Shown here: in pieces, positions 1 to 33,490 of the stretch
Layout of the letters: each line of letters starts with the position of its first letter
How positions within the stretch are numbered: position 1 is the first letter of the stretch
Assembly: GCA_002269645.1 (NCBI GenBank)
Contig: NIVC01002992.1
Location: forward strand, 1-64,000
Direction of reading: 5' to 3'
Length of the DNA stretch: 64,000 nt
From: Macrostomum lignano
Lineage: Eukaryota
Program-made: the position numbers and the translations under genes
The notes under the pieces: generated by a model
Told to the model about the DNA's origin: nothing
Databases searched by the model: none
What the model saw: the letters and a program-made list of their open reading frames with translations, nothing else

Positions 1-583
1 ACCGGCGAGTGATCGTTTACGTCCAGGACGCTGATCGAACGCTGACACCAACATGGGCTGTCCTCGAGCGTTTCAGGATGCAGCTCAGCATCAGTTGGCA
101 GTCAGCGTGTCCGAGTCCGGACAGACGGCCTCCCGGTCGAGCCGGGCGTACCAGCGTCAGGTCGTAGCGAATCGCAGCGCCGTTGCCATGTCCGCCTATC
201 GATTTTTTCACCCGAAAGTGCTGCCGGAAGTCGGGCCGGTGCAGAAGAAATTCCACAGAACGGCGAGTCAGAGCCGCCTGGCTGAGCTGGTCGCCCAGCC
301 GCAGGTCGGCCACAAGGTCTCAATAATTAGCGGCCCGTCCGTCTCTCGGCAACTGAATAGCTCACGTTGTACCGGGCTTGTATCGCCGGCCATGGCAGCA
401 AAGCAAGCAGCAAAAGGAACGGAGACGCCGGCATCGCGTCGTTGTTCTGCTTCTGGGCACTCGGTCGGCGCTGTGTGAGCATTTTTGTTTTAATGAACTG
501 TTAATTTCCTGTGGAAGCTTATGTTCAACATTTATATACAGTAAACAAGTGGTGCCATGGGAAAGACAGAGCCTAACTTTGTT

Positions 584-790
584 GCGTGGGGTGGGTGTTA
601 TTTGAAGAGTCCGCGGCGTGGGGTGGGTGTTATTTGAAGCGTCCGCGGCGTGGGGTGGGTGTTATTTGAAGCGTCCGCGCGTGGGTGGGTGTTATTTAAA
701 GCGTCCGTGGCGTGGGGGGGTGTTATTTGAAGCATCCACGCGCTGGGTTGGTGTTATTTAAAGCGTCGTGGTTTGGGTGTTATTTGAATC
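584..790. repeat. Degenerate minisatellite, about 33 bp
   Basis: gcgtggggtgggtgttatttgaagcgtccgcg, about 6 copies. Confidence 0.85.
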
Positions 791-2629
791 TTCGCGGATT
801 GGGGTGGTTGGTTGGGCATTTGGGTTGGGAATGAGCAATAAAAGTGCTTCGCTTAAGGTCTCGACTCTGTGCCAAGCAAATAAGAAGGCTGAAGCCCTGC
901 TACAACCGCAAGCTGAGCTGTTTCCCCAAAGCGAAAGGCAAACGAACGACCGCCTGTCCATCGGCTCCGATTGATGCGCTTGGTCTGACTGATTTGGTCA
1001 TGCGATATCCTTTAAGACAAAATGGGCTCTTTTTTCTACGCCGAACACGGGCAAATAATAAACGTATCGTTTTGGAGTCCCTCGCTGCAAATGAAGCAGA
1101 ACGACAACAAAAACGGCGAAGTTGAACAGCCTCCAAGCTAGCGCTACGCTGTCTTTCCGTGTACCGCTTCCGCGGAGCTGATCATTCAGATGCTTCTGTC
1201 ACGGAATTTGCCGAGTGGCAACAGGTCTCTCAAGCGCCCCTGTGACCCCCCAGCCCCCGCCTCGCCGCCAAGCTCAGCTTCCTAGCGACGAGAAGCCGCG
1301 GCCCAAGGAGGAAACCAAATACTGTTTGGCAGAGCGCGGGCTCTCCTTTGTCGCCAAGCCTAATTTTGTCTGACTTCTCTGCGTACCTGAGGGAGAACCG
1401 GGGCCACGCCCGGGTGCTGTTTGAGGCGCGGGGTTTGCAGGTGGAGATGAGGGGGCGGGATAAAGCAAAATGGGCCAATTTGTCAAATAGTTCCCCGTTC
1501 TGTGCCCATGCTGAGAAGCTCTGAACCGACTACTTAAATTCTGATGTCGACTTCCCTCTCGCAATTTCCCAGTGCGTTAGATCGGGTAAATTCTGAGTAA
1601 GAGGGTGTCTGCTGGCAAGAATAAAAACACGGCCACTTGAGCAGAGCAAGCAGCTACCTCTGAGCTGGAGTGGCAGAGTGACAACTCTCAGGCATCAGCA
1701 GAGGCTTAAAGCACCTTAGCCTGGAGTGAGCGGATCCGTGTTTACGCAGCCCCAGACTCCTTGACGGAAGCGGCTGGTCCGTACCCTGCCAGAGAGCAAA
1801 AAACTGAGCGACTTCAGAGATGGAGCAGAACTTCTCTAGGCACTTTTTCTCCGCAGCATCAAAAAAGTGTCAGAAGTTGCCTGCCTTGGGCATATCAGAG
1901 AGGCGGCCAACTGTTAACAATGCAATTTAGCTCTACAAAAAGGTCAGGAACAGCAGATTCTGCTCATGCAGTTTTGGCCAGCTGGCTGGGAAACTGGCTC
2001 TGCCGCAGGAAAGGTGCTGCTGCCTTGTTAATTCTCATTCTCCAACAACTCCTCATCAGGGAAATCTGAGCTCATCATTTGTGGGATGCAAAGAAATGCT
2101 TTTTGGCTCCAGCTGAAAGGAGATGAAATCCCCAGAAATGAAGTTGCTTTGAAGTTGCTGCATCGAGAGGCGGCATGGTGGGAGTTGAGACCCCTGCTGT
2201 CCCCAGCTCACCCTATCAAGTGTTTGGAGCTTATCCTAACAAAACTTTACCACCAGCCAGTCCGACCCTCCGCTCTCCGGTGGGGCAAAAATCAATAATT
2301 ATTATCAGCCAATTAAGCTGCTCGAGAGCCCTGCGAGTTTACCTTTGGACTTTTTTTTTGTCGACTGCGACTGGGCGATGGAGTGGCTGAGGCCTGAGTT
2401 TCAAGGGGCCGATTTTATCTCCCCTCCGCTCTCAGAATCTTTCCAAGCGATGAAGCGGAGGCGCGGGGTGGGGGCCCGAGAGTCCACTCGATTGGATTGA
2501 ATCGGAAATTGGCAGCTCGCTGCTTCTGGAAGCAGCTGACTAGACAATAACCGGCCGGGGTGGCGCCCGTTCCAGCCTAGCCGCTCCTCTGCTCACCGGT
2601 GCTGAACTGCGGTGTGGCCTTGTTGGGCG

Positions 2630-3815
2630 CCAATCTGGAGTGTGAGGGGCGCCAGCTGGGGAGTGAGGGGCGCCAAACTGGGGAGTGAGGGGCGCCAAAC
2701 TGGGGAGTGAGGGGCGCCAAACTGGGGAGAGAGGGGCGCCAGCTGGGGAGTGAGCTAGGCGCCAGCTGGGGAGTGAGGGGCGCCAGCTGGGGAGTGAGGG
2801 GCGCCAGCTGGGGAGTGAGGGGCGCCAGCTGGGGAGTGAGCTAGGCGCCAGCTGGGGAGTGAGGGGCGCCAGCTGGGGAGTGAGGGGCGCCAAACTGGGG
2901 AGTGAGGGGCGCTAGCTGGGGAGTGAGGGGCGCCAAACTGGGGAGTGAGGGGCGCTAGCTGGGGAGTGAGGGGCGCCAAACTGGGGAGTGAGGGGCGCCA
3001 GCTGGGGAGAGAGAGGCGCCAAACTGGGGAGTGAGGGGCACCAGCTGGGGAGAGAGAGGCGCCAAACTGGGGAGTGAGGGGCGCCAGCTGGGGGGTGAGG
3101 AGCGCCAGCTGGGGAGAGAGGGGCGCCAGCTGGGGAGTGAGGGGCGCCAGCTGGGGAGTGAGGGGCGCCAAACTGGGGAGTGAGGGGCGCAAGCTGGGGA
3201 GAGAGGGGCGCCAAACTGGGGAGTGAGGAGCGTCAGCTGTGGAGAGAGGGTCGCCAGCTGTGGAGAGAGGGTCGCCAGCTGGGGAGAGAGGGGCGCCAAA
3301 CTGGGGAGAGAGGGGCGCCAAACTGGGGAGAGAGGGGCGCCAAACTGGGGAGAGAGGGCGCCAAACTGGGGAGAGAGGCGCGCAAAAATGGGGAGAGAGG
3401 GGCGCCAAACTGGGGAGTGAGGGGCGCAAGCTGGGGAGAGAGGGGCGCCAAACTGGGGAGTGAGGGGCGCCAAACTGGGGAGTGAGGGGCGCCAAACTGG
3501 GGAGTGAGCTAGGCGCCAGCTGGGGAGTGAGCTAGGCGCCAGCTGGGGAGTGAGCTAGGCGCCAGCTGGGGAGTGAGCTAGGCGCCAGCTGGGGAGTGAG
3601 CTAGGCGCCAGCTGGGGAGTGAGCTAGGCGCCAGCTGGGGAGTGAGCTAGGCGCCAGCTGGGGAGTGAGCTAGGCGCCAGCTGGGGAGTGAGCTAGGCGC
3701 CAGCTGGGGAGTGAGCTAGGCGCCAGCTGGGGAGTGAGCTAGGCGCCAGCTGGGGAGTGAGCTAGGCGCCAGCTGGGGAGTGATGGGCACCAGCTGGGTG
3801 GGGAGTGAGGGGCGC
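2630..3815. repeat. G-rich minisatellite, about 21-22 bp
   Basis: ggcgccagctggggagtgaggg and variants (gagcta, aaactg). Confidence 0.95.
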
Positions 3816-4069
3816 TAGCAGAGCTCAGACAGAGTTCAGTCAATTTGATGCAGGGATGCTGGCAAAGAAAAAAGGCGCGGTTCCATTTCGGGATAAAAAT
3901 CAAAATGCACATAGGCTGCTTGAAAGTAAAAAAGATTAACCAAAAAACCAAGGTGTCCCCTGTCAGACTGCTGAGCCTGTCTCTAAACATTTCAATTTTT
4001 GACCTAGTTGAAATACGAACTGCTCCACAGACTTGAGTACAGTGACCTATCCACAGACTTGAACTCTGA

Positions 4070-4540
4070 TTCTTCAGGAGTGCCTCAGCTCCCTCCTCAG
4101 ATTATTCAGGAGTGCCTCAGCTTCCGTCCCAGATGGTTCAGAAGTGCCTCAGCTTCCGTCCCAGATGGTTCAGAAGTGCCTCAGCTCCCGTCCCAGATTG
4201 TTCAGAAGTGCCTCAGCTCCCTTCCAAGATTGTTCAGAAGTGCCTCAGCTCCCTTCCAAGATTGTTCAGAAGTGCCTCAGCTCCCTTCCAAGATTGTTCA
4301 GAAGTGCCTCAGCTCCCTCCCCAGAATGTTCAGGAGTGCCTCAGGTCCCTCCCCAGATTGTTCAGGAGTGCCTCAGGTCCCTCCCCAGAATGTTCAGGAG
4401 TGCCTCAGGTCCCTCCCCAGAATGTTCAGGAGTGCCTCAGGTCCCTCCCCAGAATGTTCAGGAGTGCCTCAGGTCCCTCCCCAGATTGTTCAGGAGTGCC
4501 TCAGGTCCCTCCCCAGAATGTTCAGGAGTGCCTCAGGTCC
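4070..4540. repeat. 32-bp minisatellite
   Basis: tcagaagtgcctcagctcccttccaagattgt, with a sequence gradient along the array. Confidence 0.95.
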
Positions 4541-4967
4541 CTGCTACTTTATGCAGCTGTTTTCATGCCTGCCTGCTTCTAAAAGCAAAAGACTTATTTA
4601 GCGCACTCACAGTTCAGTAGTGCCTGATTTTTAGTTCCACTGGGTTGTTTGTCGTCAAGGGGGTTGCCAAGGCAGTCATGGTTACGCAACAACTGAGAAG
4701 TTGAGCAGGCTCAACAGACGTTCGTGTCGCCGCGCTTGTCTTTTTGTAAACTGCCCGTCACCACTTCTTTGCAGCTGCTTGGCGGCAGAATTTCTGCTCC
4801 CGAGCCGCAGCCCGCCGCTTCCCCGCGGAGATAAAAAGCAGCACCCGGTGCCGCCCTGACCTCGGGGCTGATTGGCCGCCTGTGCACGGCCACTGGCTGG
4901 CGGGGCAGCTGCGAGTGGCGACGCGATTTGGCAGAGCGACCGCGCGGAACATTGAGAGACTGACCGA

Positions 4968-5105
4968 GGGACTGACATTGAGGCAGATGGACATTGAGAC
5001 AGGCAGACATTGAGACAGGCAGACATTGAGACAGGCAGACATTGACACAGGCAGACATTGAGACAGGCAGACATTGAGACAGGCAGACATTGAGACAGGC
5101 AGACA
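4968..5105. repeat. 16-bp minisatellite
   Basis: gacattgagacaggca, about 8 copies. Confidence 0.9.
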
Positions 5106-5639
5106 ACAAGCAGGGGAGTTCAGCCGGGAACAGCCGGACAAATGGCGGCCGGAGTCGGTGGCCGGCCACTCCGCCCCAGCCCCGCCGCACTGGGCAGTGA
5201 GGCGAGCTTCACACGCGCTGGTTTAGCGTGTCAGCCAGCGACAGAAAACACTGTCAGAGCATTCTCAATCCCCGCCAGCTGAAGTGCCTGCAATATAATA
5301 TCCTAAAATAGTTGTCAGGGGGCCGCGAGCCCCGCCCGCACCCACCAACTCGAGAATCGAGTGGTTTCAGGGGCAGTGGGGTGATCCACGCTGCACGCCA
5401 CAGAATCGTGGCAACGCCGTAACTGCCGCAATTCCGACAAATCCCAACTGTGCACTTGGCGAGGGGAAATGAAAGGGGAGAACTTTACGGAAGAGCACGA
5501 GAGAGTATGGCTTGTGACAGCTGCTGTGTTGTTGTGCGACTCCCGGGCCGGCTGTCGTCTCTTCCTCTCTGCAAGTCGCATGGGCTTCAAAATCCCCTGC
5601 CGTTGCCCCCTCTTCTCGCCTCACCACCGCGTTTCACAC

Positions 5640-7020
5640 TTTCCCTCACTCTCACTCTCCTCTCTCATTCACTCTAAAACTCTCTCTCATTCACCCTCAC
5701 TCTCTTTCTCATTCACTCTCCCACACTCTCTCTCTCTCTCATTCACTCTCCCGCAATCTCTCTCTCTCTCTCTCTCATTCACTCTCACTATCACACACAC
5801 TCTCTCATTCACTCTCACTCTCTCTCTCTCATTCACTCTCACTCTCTCTTTTTCTCATTAACTCTCACTCTCTCTCTCATTCACTCTTACACTCTCTCTC
5901 ATTCACTCTCACACTCTCTCATTCACTCTCACACTCTCTCTTATTCACCCTCACTCTCTTTCTCATTCACTCTCTCACTCTCTCTCATTCACTCTCACTC
6001 TCTCTCTCACTCACTCTCACTCTCTCTCTCATTCACTCTTACTCTCTCTCTCTTTCTCATTCACTCTCACTCTTTCTCTTTCTCATTCACTCTCACACTC
6101 TCTCTCATTCACTCTCACACTCTCTCTCTCATTCACCCTCACTCTCTTTCTCATTCACTCTCCCAGACACACACTCTCTCTCAATCACACACACTCTCTC
6201 ATTCACTCTCACTCTCTTTTTTTCTCATTAACTCTCACTCTCTCTCTCATTCACTCTCACTCTCTCTCTCATTCACTCACACTCTCTCTCTCATTCACTC
6301 TCACTCTCTCTCTCTCATTCACTCTCACTCTCTCTCTCATTCACTCTCACTCTCTCTCTTTCTCATTCACTCTCACTCTTTCTCTTTCTCATTCACTCTC
6401 ACACTCTCTCTCATTCACTCTCACACTCTCTCTCATTCACCCTCATTCTCTTTCTCATTCACTCTCCCACACACTCGCTCTCTCTCATTCACTCTCACTC
6501 TCTCTCTATCATTCACTCTCACTCTCTCTGTCTCTCTCTCATTCATTCTCACACTCTCCTCTCTCATTCACTCTCACTCTCTCTGTCTCTCTCTCATTCA
6601 TTCTCACACTCTCCTCTCTCATTCACTCTCACACTCTGTCTCTCTCTCATTCATTCTCACACTCTCCTATCTCATTCACTATCACACTCTTTCTCTCTTA
6701 TTCACTCTCACACTTCCCTCATTCACTCTCACTCTCTCTCTCTCATTCACTCTCACTCTCTCTCTATCATTCACTCTCACTCTCTCTCTATCATTCACTC
6801 TCACTCTCTCTGTCTCTCTCTCATTCATTCTCACACTCTCCTCTCTCATTCACTCTCACACTCTCCCTCTCTCTCATTCATTCTCACTTTCCTTCTCTCA
6901 TTTACTCTCAATTTTTTCTCTCACTCATTCTCACACTCTCCTATCTCATTCACTATCACACTCTTTCTCTCTTATTCACTCTCACACTTCCCTCATTCAC
7001 TCTCTCACTCTCCCTCTATC
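5640..7020. repeat. CT/CA-rich low-complexity array
   Basis: ctctcattcactctca variants. Confidence 0.95.
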
Positions 7021-7794
7021 TCGCTCGCATATCTCTACCCTGCCCAGCCCATAGAGATCTCGAACCCTTCTGCGGTGATATTTCAGTCAGAATCCCACCA
7101 GAAATGAAAAGCGAACCGATCGTGACCAACTGTTTCAAGCCTGAAACGGGAACCCAGAGGTTCTGCATAATTATGTATATTTAATAAAGGTATATCAGTA
7201 GCAGTTAATCGCTCAACAAGGTTAGGGACGCGAATTGAATTGCGCACTGTCAGTTGCAGAGCTGTTTCCGAGAGTAACTGCATACCCGAAAACACACGCG
7301 CAGAGAGAGAGAGGGAACAGGCAATTTAAAATTGTGAGCTGTAACAGCGCTATTAAGGGCTAAGATTATCGATATTAATAAATCGCTAAATAAATAAAAT
7401 AATTATTAGCAGCAAAAACAATAGCGAAGCGATTTGAAACTTTAATTCAATAATTTTTAGCATAAAGGTTTTGATGAACAAAGGAGAGTTCAGTCTGAAG
7501 CCGGCGGAGTTCACCGGGGTTGCCTGAAAGAGAACAACTGGCGCCGGCCTCTGGTCACGCAAGCAGTGTAGAATATAAAAATTCATTTTGTCGCTTATCA
7601 CGCACGGTTGTTGCTCAGCAATTCTAGGGAAATGGACTGAGGAAAGGAAAGAGTGAAAACCTGTTCAGGGACATGAAAAACTAAGAACTTCATGTGCTCA
7701 TCGCTCAAAAGTTGTTTATGTACTTTGATTTTATCAAAGCAATCACGGTTCAAATTTAGGTTGCGGAAGAGAGCAACAGGGGAGGTTAAAAAGG

Positions 7795-8400
7795 GGGAGA
7801 GTAGAGAAGAGCGAAGGAGAGTAGAGAGGAGAGAGGGAGAGTAGAGAGGAGAGAGGGAGAGTAGAGAGGAGAGAGGAAAAGTAGAGAGGAGAGAGTGAGA
7901 GTAGAGAGGAGAGGGGGAGAGTAAAGAGGAGAGAGGAAAAGTAGAGAGGAGAGAGTGAGAGTAGAGAGGAGAGAGGGAGAGTAGAGAGGAGAGAGGGAGA
8001 GTAGAGGAGAGAGGAAAAGTAGAGAGAAGAGGGGGAGAGTAGAGAGGAGAGAGTGAGAGTAGAGAGGAGAGGGGGAGAGTAGAGAGGAGAGAGTGAGAGT
8101 AGAGGAGAGAGGAAAAGTAGAGAGGAGAGAGTGAGAGTAGAGAGGATAGAGGGAGAGGAGAGAGGATAGAGTGAGAGTAGAGAGGAGAGAGTGAGAGTAG
8201 AGAGGATAGAGGGAGAGTAGAGAGGAGAGAGGGAGAGTAGAGAGGAGAGAAGGAGAGGAGAGAGGAAGAGTAGAGAGGAGAGAGTGAGAGTAGAGAGGAT
8301 AGAGGAAGAGGAGAGAGGAGAGAGTGAGAGTAGAGAGGATAGAGGAAGAGGAGAGAGGAGAGAGTGAGAGTAGAGGAGAGGGATGTACAGTAAGAGAGAT
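7795..8400. repeat. Purine-rich array, about 20 bp
   Basis: gagagtagagaggagagagg variants. Confidence 0.95.
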
Positions 8401-8863
8401 AGGAGACTGAAGCCCAGGGATAATTCTGCGGGCGGGATGGAGGCTCAGAAATTGAGAGAGAGAGGCAGCAACAGCTGACCGGAGGTAGGGGCTGAGCTCA
8501 CGGACAATGGGAGATGCAGAACGCAGATTATTCGAAAGCCGGTCGGTCGAGCAGCCTCCGGCTGAGGTAGTCGCGTGTTAGCGAATTCCCAGAGAACTCA
8601 ATCGACATGAAAGCGCGCGATCGAAAGCAGAATTTTTATGGAAATTTAAAAAAAATGTTGAATGTCGCCGATTCGTCTACTTGTAGTAGGAGTGCGGAAC
8701 ATGTAGGGAGTTTTCTGCACGCGAACTAATAAATCTTACAGTTTCCGATAACAATTGAGACTATAGTTAAATGACAGTCGTTGGGCAGCACAGAGTACCA
8801 AAATAATTAATTATCCATGCCAAATTTGTTGCTAAGGTCGAGCTAATATAGAAAATGTCTCAG

Positions 8864-8869
8864 TTTATT
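8864..8869 (-). terminator. Candidate polyadenylation signal of the Src-family gene
   Basis: AATAAA on the minus strand shortly after the predicted stop at 8935. Confidence 0.4.
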
Positions 8870-8934
8870 TCTTGTCAAACATTTTGGCTTCCGATTGAGA
8901 TTCTCAGTCCTGAGGTTCCTGGCGTCTGGTTGCT

Positions 8935-30098
<21,164 letters not shown>

Positions 30099-30329
30099 CC
30101 TGTCGCCGAGTTTGAGAAGCTGCTCAGCTCAGACGGGGAAGCCGATTGCCTTTACACTAGGGTGCAGGGGAGTCGAAGAGCCAGTCTGCTTTGGGAATCG
30201 CACTGTAGGGGAGGAGGGGCCACCGTCCCCTTGCCTGGACTTGTCTGGGGGTCGCAATCTGCCTTTGGGTCTTCTGGGGGGGGCTTGGCCTGCTCTTCCC
30301 GCTGCCAGTCGGAGCTGCGTGCTATATGC

Positions 30330-30545
30330 GTGCCGGCCGCGATCAATATAATGTGAATGGGCGGCCGGGGTGTTGAAAAGTGAGGGGGTTGGGCCGGGCG
30401 CGCAATGGGCCGCGTGTGAGGACACGCCGGGAGTGCAGCGTAGCCAAAATTCAAAGGGAAGGCGGGCAAGGGTTTTTGGTGGGCGGGGGGCCCGGAATTC
30501 TGCCAGCCAATAGGAGGCCTGCGAGCCTCCGCCCCCGAAGCTAAA
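30330..30545 (-). promoter_or_regulatory. Likely proximal promoter region of the Src-family gene
   Basis: CpG/GC-rich stretch upstream of the ATG with a GGGCGG box (about 30481) and AGCCAAT (about 30504); TSS not determinable. Confidence 0.35.
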
Positions 30546-30949
30546 AATAGATTCGGGGAACCAAAATGCTGCCAAGTGCCAACACTTCAAGTTAGCGTCG
30601 TACAGTTGCAACTTTCAAGTGGTGGTGTCGTTTGCGCTAATTTCTACTTGTTAGTAGAGAGAGAGGAATTTCAGCTCCAAAAGAAGTTATTCACGAGCGC
30701 GTATTGACATTGTTTTAGTGTTATTCATGACTACTAGTTGGTTTAAAAGGTTTTATTGATGGCCATTAGTTGGTCTAAGATTTCATTTATTGAGTTTTAT
30801 TGATGGCTAGCTCGTATTAGTTCGTCTAGTATATTTTTATTAGTGGCGTTCTCCTCTTTGTTAACTTTACGTCCGAGCTCGGGTGCTTTATATAAAATCA
30901 GATCTACCTGTGTTGCGACTTTCTTCTCATTTCTTCAGTTCATCTGCTC

Positions 30950-31205
30950 TCGTCTCTGTTTTCTCTCCCTCTCTGTCTAGTTCAGTCATCTCTCTCCCCT
31001 CGCGGCTTTCTGATTGGCTCTTCACTCTGACCTCTTTCCACTCTTTTCACTCCCTCTCTGTCTAGTTCAGTCATCTCTCTCCCCTCGCGGCTTTCTGATT
31101 GGCTCTTCAGTCTGACCTCTTTCCACTCTTTTCTCTCCCTCTCTGGCTAGTTCAGTCATCTCTCCCCTCGCGGCTTTCTGATTGGCTCTTCAATCTGATC
31201 TCTTT
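30950..31205. repeat. Three about 84-bp units, each with a CCAAT box
   Basis: gctttctgattggctcttca at about 31012, 31097 and 31180. Confidence 0.85.
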
Positions 31206-31249
31206 CCTCATTCGCGAACTCCACCCATCATTTCTTATCAGCACAAAAC

Positions 31250-31702
31250 TCACCCTTCAATCTGATGTCTTATAAATGCAAGTTTACAGTCAACGAGGCT
31301 GTCGTATTTTGACTGCATATTAACAGTTAGGAATACCAAGCTATATTTTTCCGCCCGTCGAACTACCAAGTTTCGTCTGGTGTCATCTGCTGAAGGTGCT
31401 GACGGCGTCGGGGTGATGACAGAATGCTTGAGAGACCAGCTGAGGATGTCAAGCAGTTGAGGTTTGCCCTCTGTTGAGGCTTGATCAGCGAACCTAGAGA
31501 AATTTGCAACAGGGTGTCCATCGTCGCTGAATGCACTAGCGCTTATGGGAAAAATCCGACCTTCTGGCAGAATCTTTTTGAATATCTAATTGTAGGGCTG
31601 GCGACTTGATTCTTCTTTGAGAAGGTGCGCAACAAAGTCAGCACGTGATATCGTGAATTTCGTGTACCTGGGTTGCTTCGATTCAGCGCAACAAAAAAAT
31701 TG
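31250..31702 (-). pseudogene. Possible decayed coding fragment of unknown family
   Basis: About 150 codons in one frame with a single internal TAG (31586-31588); absent from the ORF track for lack of an early start. Confidence 0.18.
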
Positions 31703-31984
31703 TCAAGGGGAATTTCTCACCTTTTCTTTTTAGAAAAAATGTTAAAACAATATATTTTTTATAGCTATAAAAGCGAAAAGGAAATCTATATATTTTCAAT
31801 TTAAGTTTTGCGTAATACGAGCGTTTAAATAGAAAGCAAAATAAGAAATTGTGCAAAAGGCACGCGAAAAAAGTTATCATATAAATGTCAGTCGAAAAAT
31901 AAAGAAAATATAAAAGGCACATAAATTTTTCGCAATATTACAAAAAACTCGCGACTAAAATAACATACAATAAAGTTATTTAGG

Positions 31985-32295
31985 GGTAGAAATGAAAGGC
32001 AATAAAACTCGCTGGGGTAGAAATGAAAGGCAATAAAACTCGCTGGGGGTAGAAATGAAAGGCAATAAAATTCGCTGGGGTAGAAATGAAAGGCAATAAA
32101 ACTCGCAGGGGTAGAAATGAAAGGCAATAAAACTCGCTGGGGGTAGAAATGAAAGGCAATAAAACTCACTGGGAGTAGAAATGAAAGGCAATAAAACTCG
32201 CTGGGGGTAGAAATGAAAGGCAATAAAACTCACTGGGAGTAGAAATGAAAGGCAATAAAACGCGCTAGGGTAGAAATGAAAGGCAATAAAATTCG
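31985..32295. repeat. 31-32-bp minisatellite
   Basis: gtagaaatgaaaggcaataaaactcgctgggg. Confidence 0.95.
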
Positions 32296-32318
32296 TTGGG
32301 TATACAGCCGCCCCATGT

Positions 32319-32789
32319 TCAGGAGTCGTCGCTGCGCGTCGTGCCGATTGACTGGCAACGCGCAGTCATGGACGTTGGCGGCGATCCCCTGTGCGGTCAG
32401 CAGGGGAAGCAGCTCCAGTGTCTTGAGTTGCATAACTTGATCTGCGGGTCCCTGCACAACGGGCATTTGTCTATGTAGCCCGTGTCGTAACAGTTAACTT
32501 ATTCACAATTCTTCCGCATCAAATTTACTTGGAATCGACATTCTCGGTGGACGACGAAGTGACCAGAACCTTGTTGGGATGACGTTTTTGGAGCAGCCGG
32601 AGTCGTCAGACAGTTTCTTTGCGCCGCCGGCTGCGAGCCCCCCATTGGGAATCCGCATGAATTAGATGATAAAATAAGATCAGTTGGAATTTGAGTACGC
32701 ATACGCACTTCATCGTCAGACATGTACACTCTCTGCGCCTTTGGTGGCTGGTTGCTCCCTCCCATAGACAGTAATTGCACAGGCCCCAA
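32319..32789 (-). pseudogene. Possible decayed RING-like zinc-finger coding fragment
   Basis: One frame reads ...GSGHFVVHREC...NCE*VNCYDTGYIDKCPLCRDPQIKLCNSRHWSCFPC*...; two in-frame stops; family assignment by eye only. Confidence 0.22.
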
Positions 32790-33490
32790 ACTAATTGCAC
32801 AGGCCCCAAACTAATTGCACAGGCCCCAAACTAATTGCACAGGCCCCAAACTAATGACACAAGTCCCAAAACTAATTGCACACAGGCCGCAAAACTAATT
32901 GCACACAGGCCCTAAACTAATTGCACACAGGCCCTAAACTAATTGCACACAGGCCCCAAACTAATTGCACAGGCCCCAAACTAATTGCACACAGGCCCCA
33001 AACTAATGACACAAGCCCCAAAACTAATTGCACACAGGCCCCAAAACTAATTGCACACAGGCTCTAAACTAATTGCACACAGGCCCTAAACTAATTGCAC
33101 ACAGGCCCCAAACTAATTGCACAGGCCCCAAACTAATTGCACACAGGTCCCAAACTAATTGCACAGGCCCCAAACTAATTGCACACAGGCCCCAAACTAA
33201 TGACACAAGCCCCAAAACTAATTGCACACAGGCCCCAAAACTAATTGCACACAGGCTCTAAACTAATTGCACACAGGCCCTAAACTAATTGCACACAGGC
33301 CCCAAACTAATTGCACAGGCCCCAAACTAATTGCACACAGGTCCCAAACTAATTGCACAGGCCCCAAACTAATTGCACACAGGCCCCAAACTAATTGCAC
33401 AGGCCCCAAACTAATTGCACACAGGCCCTAAACTAATTGCACACAGGCCCCAAACTAATTACACAGGCCTCAGACTAATTGCACACAGGC
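32770..33490. repeat. 20-22-bp minisatellite
   Basis: ggccccaaactaattgcac(ac)a. Confidence 0.95.

Noticed and set aside
17-478. GC-rich overlapping ORFs 17-313 (minus) and 53-478 (plus)
   Set aside because: Codon usage of the minus frame looks coding-like, but there is no recognisable domain and no convincing splice sites; cannot be assigned without BLAST or RNA-seq.
5640-8400. CT-rich array followed by a GA-rich array as a large inverted repeat
   Set aside because: The units are not true reverse complements; complementarity is only the generic CT/GA low-complexity kind.
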